From contig NC_043004.1 of NCBI RefSeq assembly GCF_006345805.1, positions 103,664,001 through 103,728,000 on the forward strand: a DNA stretch of 64,000 bases, in the 5' to 3' direction. Positions 1-13,849 of the stretch are shown in pieces. The stretch's first letter is position 1. Each line of letters opens with the position of its first letter. The DNA is from Octopus sinensis (lineage: Eukaryota). A program made the translations under genes and the position numbers. Below the pieces are notes generated by a model. It was not told where the DNA came from. It saw only the letters and a list, made by a program, of their open reading frames with translations, and searched no databases.

Positions 1-720
1 TCTCCTCTCCTTACTCACTCTCCTCTCCTTACTCACTCTCCTCTCCTCACTCACTCTCCTCTCCTCTCCTTACTCACTCTCCTCTCCTCTCCTTACTCAC
101 TCTCCTCTCCTTACTCACTCTCCTCTCTCTCCTTACTCACTTCCTCTCCTCCTCACTCACTCTCCTCTCCTTACTCACTCTCCTCTCCTTACTCACTCTC
201 CTCTCCTTACTCACTCTCCTCTACTCTCCTTACTCACTCTTCTCTCCTCTCCTTACTCACTCTTCTCTCCTCTCCTTACTCTCTCTCCTCTCCTCTCCCT
301 CTCTTCTCTCCTCTCCTTACTCTCTCTTCTCTCCTCTCCTTACACACTCTTCTCTCCTCTCCTTACACACTCTTCTCTCCTCTCCTTACACACTCTTCTC
401 TCCTCTCCTTACACACTCTTCTCTCCTCACTCACTCTTCTCTCCTCTCCTCACTCACTCTCCTCTCCTTACTCACTCTCCTCTCCTTACTCACTCTCCTC
501 TCCTTACTCACTCTCCTCTCCTTACTCACTCTCCTCTCCTTACTCACTCTCCTCTCCTTACTCACTCTCCTCTCCTTACTCACTCTCCTCTCCTTACTCA
601 CTCTCCTCTCCTTACACACTCTTCTCTCCTTACACACTCTTCTCTCCTTACACACTCTTCTCTCCTCACTCACTCTTCTCTTCTCTCCTTACTCACTCTC
701 CACTCCTTACTCTCTCGTCT
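1..720. repeat. Pyrimidine-rich minisatellite, unit about CTCTCCTCTCCTTACTCA (18 bp, with variants)
   Basis: Tandem units directly visible; almost no G on the + strand. Confidence 0.95.
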
Positions 721-1204
721 CTCTTCTCCATACTCTCTTTCCTCCTCTTACACTCTTCACTCTCTTATTCACTCCTTCACTCACTTTCTCATGCTCACTC
801 GTGCTCTTTTTACTCTCATTACTTCTTTTCCTTAATATTTTTCCAATTTCTTGCTCTCCTACTTTTCTCTACCTCACTACAGTCTGTCTGTCTGTCTAAC
901 ACCACATGTGTATGTATGTGTGTACACCCCACCCACACAGTTAGTGTATAATTCCGTTCTTCTCTGTGTACATCTCTACAAACTCCCTAACCAAACTGAC
1001 AACCAATCTCCAGCCTGTGGATGTTCTTAAACTTCCCTACCCTCCACTCCTCCACTACACCCTGTCTGAGGGATTGTAAATACATGCAAGTGTATAATTC
1101 AACTGCCACATTTGTATCAAATGTATAGACAACTTATATATATATCACTACAAGATGCTAACCACATCAAATCTCTCTCTCCCACATTCTCAATGTCCAC
1201 ACAA

Positions 1205-1650
1205 TGTACACTCTCTTCTCTCCTCTCCTTATACTCTCTTCTCTCTTCTCCTTACTCTCTCTTCTCTCTTCTCCTTACTCTCTCTTCTCTCCTCTCCTTA
1301 CTCTCTCTTCTCTCCTCTCCTTACTCTCTCTTCTCTCCTCTCCTTACACTCTCTCCTCTCCTTACACTCTCTCCTCTCCTTACACTCTCTCCTCTCCTTA
1401 CACTCTCTCCTCTCCTTACACTCTCTCCTCTCCTTACTCTCTTTTCTCTCCTCTCCTTACTCTCTCTTCTCTCCTCTCCTTACTCTCTCTTCTCTCTTCT
1501 CCTTACACTCTCTCCTCCTTACTCTCTCTTCTCTCCTCTCCTTAAACTCTCTTCTCTCCTCTCCTTACACTCTCTCCTCTCCTTACACTCTCTCCTCTCC
1601 TTACTCTCTCTTCTATCCATATCTCCTCGTTCTCTCTCTCTCTCTCTCCA
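1205..1650. repeat. Second block of the same CT-rich minisatellite
   Basis: Same CTCTCCTTAC(A/T)CT units, ending in (CT)n. Confidence 0.9.
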
Positions 1651-2254
1651 AATATTTCTCAGGGAGATAGCACCCCTTCCACACCACACATACTTTATCT
1701 CTTACCACCCGCTCTCTTTCCAAGAGGATTAAATCTGTAGTGGCTGATCCATGGTATGCTAAGCTGTTGTTGGCAAGTTTGAGGATATCCACCAAAATGT
1801 TGGAGGAAGGATGAACGATATGTGTTCAAGTAAAGATGGTGTAATATCAATTGACACAGAAATTTGTGTGATATTTTGTGTTTGCCTCTGTGTGTTTGTG
1901 TGTGTGCATTTATATTTATGGTCTGTTTTTAAATGTTTGTCTTTATACATTTATGGTTTGTGTTCGAATGTGTGTGTGTGTGTGTGTGTGTTTGTGTGTG
2001 TATTTTTATGTGAATGTTTGTTGAAGCTGATCTATGCAATCACAGCAAAACTGTTTTTCAACAATATATTATTTTGACCTTTCCTTCCATATTCCTCTGT
2101 ACAAAAACTAATGGAATGTATGTTGTCTGTTGAAGACATCGTTGCTCTAGTCTTATCAATATGGCTTCTCAATTACTTTACTAATTACTTTTAATAATAG
2201 CATGTTGTGTGTGTGTGTGTGCATATTTGTCCTTGCATCTGTGTATGTCTTTGC

Positions 2255-2290
<36 letters not shown>

Positions 2291-2850
2291 AATTAAATGT
2301 CTAAGCCATCATTTCTCTCAAAACAATTTCGACAAAGAATTTTTCTCTTCATCTCAGCTGTTATATATTTGATGTCTTCATTGAATTTTAATTACTTCCA
2401 TACACATAGGAAGCAAATGGATCAGTCTTTGGTGGTGGTGGTCATGATGATGAATATTCCAACTGTTTGATCAACAGAATTACCATTAATCGACAAGTCA
2501 TTGCAAAAGTGACTGAGTTTTCCACAGACATATGTAGCCCTTAATGTAATCATATGTGGCCCTTAATGTAATCCTCAAGCAGGATTGGTGTGTCAAAAGT
2601 TGACCTGGCTGAACCTTTCAATTTCATGAGCAGTCTCTCCTACATGATTCCAGCCAATTTCTATGTAGCCAATTTCACTCACAAAAGCTTGGGTTGAACC
2701 AGATTAGATTCTTGTCCAAGCTACCATTAATTTGGATCAAATCCAGGCCTCAGGATTATGTGTCAAAATTCTTAACCACTGAACTATCCCAACATCATGC
2801 ACACACTGTTACAGGTACACATTTGTGTGTACTGTCTACATGTATACACA

Positions 2851-2885
<35 letters not shown>

Positions 2886-2887
2886 TG

Positions 2888-3215
2888 AAGGCGCATGGCT
2901 CAGCAGTTAGTGTTGGACTCAGAATCATGGGGTAGTGAGTTCGATTCCTGGACTGGGCTGTGTATTGTGCTCTTGAGCAACTTTTTCACATTGCCCCAGT
3001 TCACTCAGCTGTAGAAATGAGTTGCAATGTCACTGGTACCAAGCTGTATCAGCCTTTGCCTTTCCCTTGGATAACACTGGTAGCATGGGGGAGGGGAAGT
3101 TGGTATGTATGGGTGACTGCTGGTCTTCCATAACAACCTTGCCTGGACTTGTGCCTTGGAGGGTAACTTCCTAGGTTCAATTCCATGATCATTGATGACT
3201 GAAGAGGCTCTTTAT
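2888..3215 (+). mobile_element. tRNA-derived SINE family C, CpG-decayed copy
   Basis: tRNA-like head (GAAGGCGCATGGCTCAG...GAGTTCGATTCC) followed by CTTGAGCAA; homologous to the heads at 21838, 22335 and 38120. Confidence 0.7.
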
Positions 3216-3240
3216 CCTATATGAGTGTGTGTGTGTGTAT

Positions 3241-3277
<37 letters not shown>

Positions 3278-4231
3278 TTCATTATACAGTTCTCTTTTCC
3301 ATTTTGAATGGGTTGGATAGGAGCTTTTTATAGCTGGTTGCTTTTCCTGTTGCCAACCCTCACCTATCTGAAATAAAGGTTATATTTTCTCATAACTTGA
3401 CATGCTTCGCATAGAAGATCATAGATAAACAATATCACTTGTATGGAGGTGATGCTTGTTTACAACTATCATGATCAAAACTAGGAACTCATTCATAAAT
3501 TATTTTTTATGTATGTTTCTGTGAAGAAACACACGTAAGATGGCATAAATGGTTTATGAATTATCTTCCTAGATTTGCTTTCACTATATGTATTCTGTGA
3601 TCTTTCTACTTCTGGAGACCATAATACAGGCGTTCTCTATAAATTTCTGTTTTGGTATAGGAGAATGGACATGGTTCTAAGTATTTGTTATATGTCATAC
3701 ATAGATACATACATATATACACACACACACCTTTTATCTTTTACTTGTTTCACATTGCTCCAGTTCACTCAGCTCTAAATGGATAACCAGTCTTCCAATC
3801 AGGGATAACGTTTGCTTGATTGCCTAACCAGCCAAGTGGCATCATTCAAAAGTGAAAACAATGCCAAGTGCATACTGACCAGCTATGTATGACAACACTT
3901 AATTGTCTGGTCAATCACATGATTCATACATGTACACACACACACACTGTAATTTTTCTGACCTGACATGGTCTAAGGGTGCAACTCAGTCAACATTGTT
4001 GACTGTTTCAGTTAAAGCTATGGCTTTGATTTAGTCTGTCCTGAGTTACCTCTCTTCAATATTTCCCATTGATAACAACTAAGGAGCTAGAAATGCATCT
4101 GAGAATCGAAGAAGGGGCAGCACTGGGCAGATATGGTATTTTTACACCTTTTAGAATTTTTTCTCCACAGTAACTGCAGCGAATTTGCTTTTGAAAGTTG
4201 AAATATTTTAATTAACCTAAATTTTGCTTTT

Positions 4232-4264
<33 letters not shown>

Positions 4265-4759
4265 ACACAGAGAGAAAGAGAGTGGTTTTATGACCCAGAT
4301 TCCCTTTCCTCTTCCATCCTGTTCTTATTCCACTTGTCTTTACACATCAAACCACTGAACTGCAATACATATTGTTTATACTGAACATTAACAAATGTCG
4401 GTGTTGGTCAAGCAAGGCAAAGACAAGGGAGACACACATACTCATCTATGTTTATATATGACAGGTTTCTGTATAGTTTCCATCTATCATTCTGTGTGTG
4501 CTTTGCCGTGGCTGTGCGGTTAAGAATTTTGTTGCTTTATCATGAAGTCTAGATTCTATCTCATTGTGTAGCATCTTGGGCATATCTTATTATTATGGCC
4601 TTAGTTTGACCCAAACTTTGAGTGTCCAGCCTGAGTCTATAGAAAAGAAATATTTGTCCAAGATGCAGCTCAGAGGAATATAAGGTGAAGCCACATGGTT
4701 GTGAAGAAAGTATCATAAGCGCGTGCATACACAGACAAAACAATTGCCATCCAAAGAGT

Positions 4760-4930
4760 TTATGCTGTGAAGTGGTTGGTGTTATGAAGGGCATCTAGCT
4801 GTAAAAAGGCATTCCAAAGCAGACATTAAGAGCTTGGTGTAGTCCTTGGACATATCAGATCTAGTCAAGCCATCCAACCGATGCCAACATGGAACATGAT
4901 CATTAGATGATGGTGATGATGATGATGATC
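4760..4930 (+). mobile_element. Decayed SINE/RTE-type 3' tail ending in (GAT)n
   Basis: GGTTGGTGTTATGAAGGGCATCTAGC...CCATCCAACCGATGCCAACATGGAA followed by a GATGATGAT tail. Confidence 0.45.
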
Positions 4931-5226
4931 ACTTGTGAGAAAGTATGATTTAGAATCATGCATCATACTTTCACCTAATTCTTTTAGGTGCCTCTTCAGT
5001 CTTGAGCAGGCACAGACACCATCTCTGCTCTTCCCACCCTTGACCCTGGGGTGGGGGGAACATCAAAGATGCAATTGCCAGAGGAAGAGGAGGACTGCAT
5101 CAGCACTCAGCTAGTATTAATTTTCGGCTGAGTAGACTGGAGCAACATGGAATGAAGTGCCTTGCTCAAGGACACAACTTTCCACCAGCTCCAGGAATTG
5201 AAGCTGCAGCCTTAGGATAATATACA

Positions 5227-5268
<42 letters not shown>

Positions 5269-5352
5269 TGTGTCTATTAAGCAAAGGGCACACCATAGGA
5301 GAAACAAATTTTTAAAAAGATTATACATACACGCATCCACTTACATAGTTGG

Positions 5353-5396
<44 letters not shown>

Positions 5397-5720
5397 ACAC
5401 ATGTATCTATGTTTGTGAAGCTAAATTTTCTAAATTAGCAATAAAACCACACAAATTCCTTTCTAATTTAATATAGTTGATCTGGAATTGCAGGAGATTG
5501 TCTTGAAAGTTTTCTGTTTTAAGAGTGAATGAAGCCAATTTTAATCACAATTGTATACATTGCTCCCAGCTGCACACACACACACACACACAGTGAACTG
5601 TTTTGTGGTGCCACTAACAAATGTAAACACAACAGCCTTGATTTACGACCAACTTCCAAAAATGTCACAACTTCATCGAACATGGGAAAACACTTTTTTT
5701 TCTTGCCTATTCATTAACAG

Positions 5721-5791
5721 GAAACTGTCTTTTCGTTGGAAATGTTTATGCACCAGTTTTCTTGTAATAGCATTGCCAATGCATTCAAACT
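5721..5791 (+). CDS. Candidate internal exon upstream of 9891 (ETVFSLEMFMHQFSCNSIANAFKL; an alternative frame and donor at 5763 is also possible)
   Basis: Acceptor TTTTTTCTTGCCTATTCATTAACAG; donor CT|GTAATA; the phase-2 end joins in frame to the exon at 9891. No homology evidence. Confidence 0.2.
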
Positions 5792-5848
5792 GTAATAGGA
5801 TCAGCCTGTGTATTCATTTTGCATTATTTAATAACGAAATTCCACCCA

Positions 5849-5894
<46 letters not shown>

Positions 5895-7399
5895 ATTCTT
5901 CTGTAAGTTTTAGCTATTTCCTTTTTTTTCTTTTTTGCTTTTAGTTTCGTATTTTTATTTTCACTCGTATTCAATCTTTGCTTCTTTTACTACTACTACT
6001 ACTACTGATGTTGTAACTATTGTTGTGGTTGTTCTGTTGATAGTTGGAAGCTTCCTTTCAAATCCAATGGTCCTGAGGAATTCCAACCTCCCCACCCCCT
6101 GTCTGTCTCCCAGCTCTGATCCCTCCCCCAGTACAATACCACCACCACAACCTCCACCACCACCATTGGCTAGCTTACATTTCTCTCCTTGCTTTTATCT
6201 TCACATATTAATTTAATTTCCTATTCCAGCTGGTGGTAGTGGTTGGGGCCGGGAGTGACAAGAGAAGAGTTCCCTTCTCCTGATGCCATCGATCCCTTCC
6301 CTTACCCCCAACTATTTTTCTACCCTAATTTGACAATAAATATAAGGGCTAGGGCAGCGCCTCCCTACCCATGCAAATAGAAACACATTATTGTACAGGG
6401 TGGAGAAGAGGAGTTATGGAGAAGAAGGAATTGAAACATTTTTCTTCACTCTTCTCTTATCTTCTCTCTTTTTTTCTCTCTCTCTTTCTCTCTATCTTTG
6501 TCTAATTCTTTATCTCCCTCTCACTCGGTTTTCCTTTCTCTATGTCACCCTTTCATTTATTTTCTCTCTCTTTATCTAATTCTCATTCTCTCTCCATTCA
6601 ACCATTCTATTCTTGTATCCTTTATTTTGGTATTTTTTTTTTTTTGGTTTTTGTTTTACAATTATTAGATTTTATGTTTTCCATTCTAGTAAGTTCTGTT
6701 CTGTTGCTATCCAAAAGTCTGTAACAATTTCAGAACAATGGGTTTAACCAAACTGAAACCCACAATGAGCCTCAGCACATCTTTCCCATCCACCTAAACC
6801 CTTCACATCTTTTATTCCTCTCCATTTTAATCTTTTCTTTACAATTTTAAAAGTTTTCCCTTTTCCATTGTTCAGCATCCACAATTTAGGTTTTCATTTC
6901 AAATCACTTCTCACTGGGAAAAAAAAACCCCCAAAAAACCAAACATCTCATTCAATGTTCTTCCCATGAGATGCATAGCTGACCCTAAAATCTTACTGGT
7001 ACCTGTTTTATCAGCTCTAAATGGATCAAATCAATAATGAACCCTCTTATGCAACCCCTTTTTGCTTGCAAATCAAATCCTACCAATCATAAAATTAAAA
7101 ATAAAAGCAGTGCATATTCGATAATGTGATCCTAGATACACTATAACTGAATAAAAGATGGCATTGTTGTGGCTGTGACACTTCAGACCAGGTCTGTCCT
7201 GGGGTTAAACAACAGCAACAACTGGAAAAGGGAACCTATTTCACAGTGGATGTAAATATCCACATATATTTCTATATGTACTTAATATAACGAGATATGT
7301 TATTTTATATATATATATATATGTGTGTGTGTGTATATATATATTATGTGTGTGTATATATACATATGTGCACTTAATATCAAAAGCTATTATTGTACT

Positions 7400-7456
<57 letters not shown>

Positions 7457-7820
7457 TGTGGCTGTGTGGTAAGAGGCTTGCTTCCTAACCACATGGTTCT
7501 GGGTTCAGTCCCACTGCATGGCACCTTGGGCAAGTGTCTTCTACTATAGCCTTGGGCCAACTGAAGCCTTATGGGTGGATTTGGTAGATGGGAACTGAAA
7601 GAAACCCATTGTATATATATGTATATATTTGTGTCTGCATTTGTCCCCCTGCCATCGCAACTGATGCTGGTGTGTTTATGTCCCCATAACAGTTTGGCAA
7701 AAGAGAGCCATAGAATAAATACTAGGCTTACAAAGAATAAGTCCTGGGGTTAATTTCTTAGGCTCAAAACCCCTTTAAAGCGGTGCTCCAGCATGGCTGC
7801 AAACTGAAACAAGTGAAAGG
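7457..7820 (+). mobile_element. SINE family A (tRNA head, CORE-like CCTTGGGCAAGTGTCTT, internal microsatellite), CpG-decayed
   Basis: Aligns by eye to more than 15 other copies in the window; most consensus CpGs have changed to TG/CA. Confidence 0.9.
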
Positions 7821-8664
7821 ATATATTTTCTACAGAAAATAAAGGAATTCTCAAACACAGGATGACTATGAAGACAGCTTAGAAAATAAAGTGAATACTC
7901 TTTAGATGATGGGGAATCAAACCCTGTACCTCTCAAATTCTGGCTTAGTGTTCTGTACCACTAAGAGATCCCCAACAACAAACACTATCTTTTTGTAATG
8001 TTTTTGGAATGTGAGAACATTTTGTAAACAAAATGCCCAGTGAGTTGGTATTCTACAGAAAATAAAGAAATTCTTGGAGGCAGGATGGGTGACAGATTCC
8101 AAAGAGGCTGGTGTTGGTGTGCATTTGTAAGAATTGTGTTAGTAGAAGTGGTAAAAAAGAGTACGGTGAACTTGTGGGGAGTATAAAATCCAATGATTCG
8201 GACAATCCTTTCTCAGGCAAAATTTGAATGCATTTTATTCTATATTTTTGGTCATTAATTTAATTGCATTTTTTTTCTTTCATTATTACCAAAAGGAATT
8301 GTAATGTCATTCAGTGTGTTCTGTCTTTAGTTGTTTCTCTGTTTGTTCTGCTGTAGTTGGTTGGCTGTTGTATTCTTCATCCATCTTAGGGTTGATAAGA
8401 ATGTAGTACCAGTGAAATACTGGGGTTTCGTTGACTACTACCTGCCACAAAGTTTGTTGCTTTGTGTTCTGTTTGAATTTATCATCAAATTAGTTGGCTA
8501 TGTATTTCATCCTTTTTTCTCTTTTCTTTGATAAAACAAGCACCCATATTGAGTTTGTTGATTGGCATTGTTGCCCACCCAACTCAAGTTTTTGACCATG
8601 TTCTTCTGCTGGCAATCATAAAAAGTAAATTATTATTATTATTATTATTATCACTATATATTAG

Positions 8665-9250
8665 AGTGGCAAGCTGGCCGAATCGTTAGCATGTTGGGCA
8701 TGAATGCTCAGCCGCATTTCGTCTGTCCTTACACTCTGAGTTCAAATTCTGCTGAGGTCAATTCTGCCTTTCATCCATTTGAGATTGATGAAATAAATAC
8801 CAGTTATGCACAGGGGGTCAATTTAATTGAATAGCCCCTTCCCCCTAGATTTCAGGATTGTTATTATGATTATACAGTGAAGTGGCAAGATGGCAGAATT
8901 GTTAAACATGCTGAGCAAAATACTTAGTATTTCATGTCTTTATGTCCCTAGTTCAAATTCAGATGAGATTGACTTTGCCTTACATCCTTTCAGGGGTGAT
9001 AAAATAAGCACCGGTTAAGTATTGGGGTCAATGTAATCAATTTACCCCCCTCTCTAAAATTGGTGACCTTGTGCCAAAATTTGAAGCCATTTATTATTAT
9101 TATTATGATTATATTCAAATTCCATCAAGGTCAACTTTGCCATTCATCCTTTCGGAGTCGATAAAATAAGTACCAGTCAAATACTGGGCTAGGTGTAATT
9201 GACTTTCCCCTCCCCTCAAAAACAGTTGCCCTGTGCCAAAATTTGAAACC
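8665..9250. mobile_element. Cluster of three SINE family B copies (two +, one -)
   Basis: GAGCTGGCAGAA..GTTAG head and GTCAACTTTGCCTTTCATCCTTTC..GATAAAATAAGTACCAG core. Confidence 0.85.
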
Positions 9251-9251
9251 A

Positions 9252-9628
9252 TTATTACCTCCACCTTAGCGAAGGCAGAGGTATTGTTTTCAGTCATGTT
9301 TGTTTGTTTGTCAGTTTGTCCGTGGACAAGATATCTCAAGAACTGCTGGATGGATTTGGATAAAACTTTCAGGGATGTTTGGTCTTGTGACTGGTGCAAA
9401 CTGATTAGATTTTGGGATCAATCCAATACCGGACAAGGATTCTGGATTATTTTTCCTGTTTTTTTACTTAATTTTTGAGAGTGGTTGGGTTCATTTTAAG
9501 TAATCTCGTTTGTGAGAGCAGATGAGTTTATTTCAGATATTCTCATTTTAAAGATCATCTTTGGCTAATTGTTGAGAGGACACTGGTGTTGCCTTGGCAG
9601 AGGTTTGGGCTCTCTGAATGCTCATGTT
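9252..9628 (+). mobile_element. Non-autonomous Helentron-type (HINE/DINE-1-like) element
   Basis: 5' TTATTACCTCCACC..GCGAAGGCAGAGG, a (GTTT/GTCT) microsatellite, and a 3' GCCTTGGCAGAGG sub-terminal inverted repeat followed by GCTCTCTGAATGC. Family assignment is from recalled structure. Confidence 0.6.
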
Positions 9629-9890
9629 ATGATTTTGTTATTTTCTCCTACTGATAGCACTGAATTGGTAAAATCGGGGTATTGGCCAAAATCCCTTGTT
9701 TTTATGTTCTGAGTTCAAATCGTACCTTAATTGATTTTGTTTTTCATCCTTTTAAGGTCAATACAATGAAGTTCTAGATATTACTGAGGTCAGCACTCAT
9801 CCTACCCCAACATTTGAATCTTGTGCTAATACTAGAAAATTAATATTTTCAACCAGTTCTAATGTTATTCCAATTTGCTTTGAATTTCAG

Positions 9891-10155
9891 TGGGAACCCA
9901 TTCAACGTTGAAAGATATGGTGTGGATACAATTCTGAAGACTTACAGATGCCAGCCTCGAGTTCCTTGGCTGCGAGAACTAAAGATGAAATCCTGCTTCC
10001 AGATCAGCAACCGTGAGAAGGAAAAAGATATTCACAACTATATTGGCAAATGGATTTCTGGGTATGCGAAACACGTCGGCTTTAACATTGAAGTCTCTTC
10101 TTGTGGGTTGCGATTCGTTGAGTACGCCGATGCTAACACTGTAGTTTATATGTGA
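9891..10155 (+). CDS. Putative last coding exon of an unidentified host gene (GNPFNVERYGVDTILKTYRCQPRVPWLRELKMKSCFQISNREKEKDIHNYIGKWISGYAKHVGFNIEVSSCGLRFVEYADANTVVYM*)
   Basis: Acceptor TTTGCTTTGAATTTCAG (AG at 9889-9890); 88-codon complex open frame to TGA at 10153-10155; 11 CpGs retained within CpG-poor flanks; followed by AT-rich, SINE-free sequence. Confidence 0.65.
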
Positions 10156-12400
10156 ATTGGCCCTTTGTCTCATTCTTCAGCTTTTATGCAAAATACACTT
10201 ATCTCGTAATAAGGGAATTGATGCAATTCTGGTTCTAAAAGATTAAGTGCCTTTTGCAATCTCTGAGTAATCCTTTGTTCCTTCCCTCCCACCAAGTCTC
10301 TCCATTTTAGTAAAATACAATTTGTTCCCTCACCTCTACCCTATCTCCCCATCCCCCACTGAAACCCCTTTTTTTTTTCTCTTCCTCAAAAGTAAAATCT
10401 TCCCATAAATATATTTTTTATTGCACCATTCTATAAAATAACTATAAATTTTGATACAACTTCCATTGCTCTCTTAGACTATTTTCTTCTCTTTCACTTT
10501 CTTATCATGGTTTATAATTAACTTCTATATCTTTTAAATAATAAACAATATTGTTCATAATGGTAAAATCCCAATAATAATAATTATAATGATGATGATA
10601 ACGATGGCAATGATGATAATGTTTCCCTGACTTTATTATTATTTCTTAAATCTAAAGAACATATTCTGGGGTTTCACTGACTGCTGCCCTTGTAACTTCA
10701 CCAATAAGCACAGTAGTTCTTCTCCACATGTATAACTTTGCTATTATTATATATATATATATATATATATATCACCGATAGGTCTATAGTCCTCTGCACT
10801 TGCACACACATATACATACCACACACACACACTTACACATGCACGCATACTTATCAATACTCAGCAGTACTCTCCTTAACAATAACCCGCTCTGTTTTTC
10901 ATATAATCAATATCTAAAAACTTGTTATTTCAGTTAAATTGCAATATGTTGATTCTGTTCTTAGTTATCCCCTACCACTACTATTACTACTAATACCACT
11001 GGAAAAAAAAATTTTAAAAAGAAGTCACAAATTATTTTATGATGCTTAAAACATATACTTAACATTGTTTATGTATATTGTTGTATTGTTGTCTTTGGTT
11101 GTATCTTTTATTGTTTATGTTATTAATAGCTGCAAAATCAATATTGTTCTTTATATTTTGACTAAACATTATACGTATATATATATAACAAACCAAATAT
11201 GTAACAAACCAACAGTAATATATTTATCTTGAATACTGTCACTGTATATATATATGTGTTTGTGTGAGTGTGTTTGATATATGAGTATATGTATATCTAT
11301 ATATATTCATATATGCTATATATATATTCATTCATTCACACATTGAAAATTTGATGAAAAAATAAAACTTAATCATATTTGCTCCCTTTATGTAAAAATA
11401 ATTATTTAATAATAAAAGTTGAAAAAGTATTTTTTTTTCTTTTTATTATATATATATATATATATTATATATATTGCATTTTGTGCCAGAAAAATGTCTT
11501 CTGCTCTCTGCACTGCCTCTTCACCAGTTCTCAAAAATATTCTCAATATTCCTACAGGAGTGAACCAAAAGGCTCTGCCTTACCATTTTTGGCCATTCCT
11601 GCAGTTTTATTATTTTATTAAAAAATAACAAAAAGACAACAAAACAAAAACAAAAGTTTTCTTCCAACTTTCTTCTCTTGTATTTTTTTTTTTTTTAAAT
11701 AAAAATTTTTTTCTCCCCCTTTTCACCTCTTCATGAAAATGAAACGTGTTCAAATCTCGGTGTTGAAGTCTCTTAGTAAGACTCCAGAGATTATATTTTG
11801 GAGCTTCTATTGTTACAATTTTCTCTCTGAAAGGTCGGGGTTCAAGTCTTGTCAGTGCCTTTTTTGTACTCGAGTCTTTTACTCCTTGCATAAGTGAGAA
11901 TGTCTACAACTTGAAAAAAAGAAAATTTCTTCCCTCAAAAAAAAAAATTAATTCTTAAAATAAAAGAAAAAATTTTCTCCTTAAAAATATTATTGAGTTA
12001 TATTTTAGTTTGGTTTTAAAATACAAAAACAGCAATCTTTAATATTTTTAAAATCATTATTATTATTATTATTTTCCCTTGTCTCAAATTAAGTAGCTGA
12101 AATACTCTCAAGTTTGATTCTTATTTTCATAGAAAAAAAAATAAGCCAACAATGAAAAAAAAAAAACAACCCAAATCTTAAGGTCTTGCAATTTTGAAAT
12201 ATTTCTATCTTTAAACCAAAGCAACAGAAACAAGTGAAAAGTTATTTTCTGCTAATATTGAGGTGAGCAGTTCCATTTCTCTAACGTCGTCTTTCAGTCG
12301 TCTTTTTCATTGGCTTTGTTTTTTGTTTTTTTTGGGGCTTCAAATTATTTTTACCATTTTTTTCTTTTTTTTTTTCAAATATTATTTTTCTATTGCAGTA
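10156..12400 (+). other. Possible 3' UTR of the gene above
   Basis: About 2.2 kb of AT/U-rich sequence without SINEs, with several AATAAA hexamers. Confidence 0.3.
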
Positions 12401-12474
12401 TTTTTGAAATTGTTTGCTTAATTAATTAATTAATTGATTAATGTAATCGTTATTGTTTATTATTTTCACTGGGG

Positions 12475-13500
12475 CACCGAGCTGGCAGAATTGTTAGCAT
12501 GCCAGACAAAATGCTTAGCAGCATTTCATCCGCCTTTAGGTTCCAAGTTCAAATTCCACTGTGGTCAACTTTGCCTTTCATCCTTTCAAGGTCAATAAAA
12601 TAAGTACCAGTTGAGTACTGGGGTCAATGTAATCGACTAACCCACCTGCCCCAAAATTTTAGGCCTACTGTCTATTGTAGAAAGGATTATTATTATTGAA
12701 GGTGGTGAGCTGGCAAAATTTTTAGCATGCCGGACAAAAAATGCTTAGTAGCATTTATGTCTTTATGTTCTGAATTCAAGGTCTGCTGAGGTCAATTTTG
12801 CCGTTCATCCTTTCAGGGTTAATTAAATAAGTATCGGTTGAGCATTGGATGGGGTGGGGTGTGGGTCGATGTAATCCACTTGCTCCCCTTCCCCCAAAAA
12901 ATTTTAGGGTTTGAGTCTATAGTAGAAAGGATTTTCATTGGGCAGGTAAATTCACAGTGTCAGAACATCAGGCAAAATGCCTTGCAGTATTTGTTCCTTC
13001 TCTTTTAATTCTGAGTTCAAATCCCACGAAGGTCAGCTTTGCCTTTCATCCTTCCAGGGTTGATAAAATAAAGTACCAGTTCAGCACTGAAGGTGATGTA
13101 ATCAGCTAATCCTTTGCCCTCAAAAGTTGCTGGCCTTGTACCCAAGTTAGAAACAATTATTTTATTAATTTTTTTTTTTTTTAGTTATTTGTCTATTGCA
13201 GTATTTTGAAACTGTTTGCTTAATTAATGTAATTATTAATTATTATTTTTCACTGAGGTGGTAGGTTCACAGAATTATGAAAGAGTCATTCAAAATGCCT
13301 TGTGGTATTTATTTACTTACAGCTCTTTACATTCTGAACACCAATTCTGCTGTGGTCAGAATTTGCTTTCTTTTCTTCTGAGGTGAATGAGACAAAGTCC
13401 CTGTCAAGTATTGTGACATGGGGAAGGTGGTGGTTCGATTTAATCAGCTGTACTCCTCTAACACATGAGGCCTTGTGCCAGTGTTTAGAAACCATTATTG
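12475..13500 (+). mobile_element. Four head-to-tail SINE family B copies, CpG-decayed
   Basis: Repeated B head and core, separated by short (ATT)n or AT-rich spacers. Confidence 0.85.
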
Positions 13501-13849
13501 TTATTATTATTTTTTACTCTATCTCGTCTTGCACCTTCCATAAAGCTCTCTCTCCCTTGGAAGAAACATTTGGCATCTCGTGAGTAAGTACCAGTCTCTG
13601 CTTGTGGTGGTTGTTGTTGTTGTTGTTGTGCGTGTGTTTGGTCTGTAAGAGTTAACTTTGTAGTATTGGCTTCATTGTTCCTCTTTAGTATTTGTTCATT
13701 GGAGACGGTATTGAACCGTTGATGTCTTGAATAGCTCTAAACCTTGTGCCGACAGGGCTATATATAATAATTATTATTATTACTGTTATTATACATTGTA
13801 ACCACTAGCATTGAGGAACTATCACATCTTACTAACTGGTCATTACTGG

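Noticed and set aside
1727-1813. Exon RIKSVVADPWYAKLLLASLRISTKMLEEG*
   Set aside because: Acceptor is plausible, but the only open frame ends in a stop upstream of the better-supported terminal exon, and I found no homology.
4046-4135. Exon TSLQYFPLITTKELEMHLRIEEGAALGRY
   Set aside because: Needs a weak GAG acceptor, and equally good splice signals exist on the opposite strand; undecidable without RNA data.
5852-5891. 40-nt poly(T) as a processed-pseudogene tail
   Set aside because: No recognisable retrocopy body or TSD next to it.
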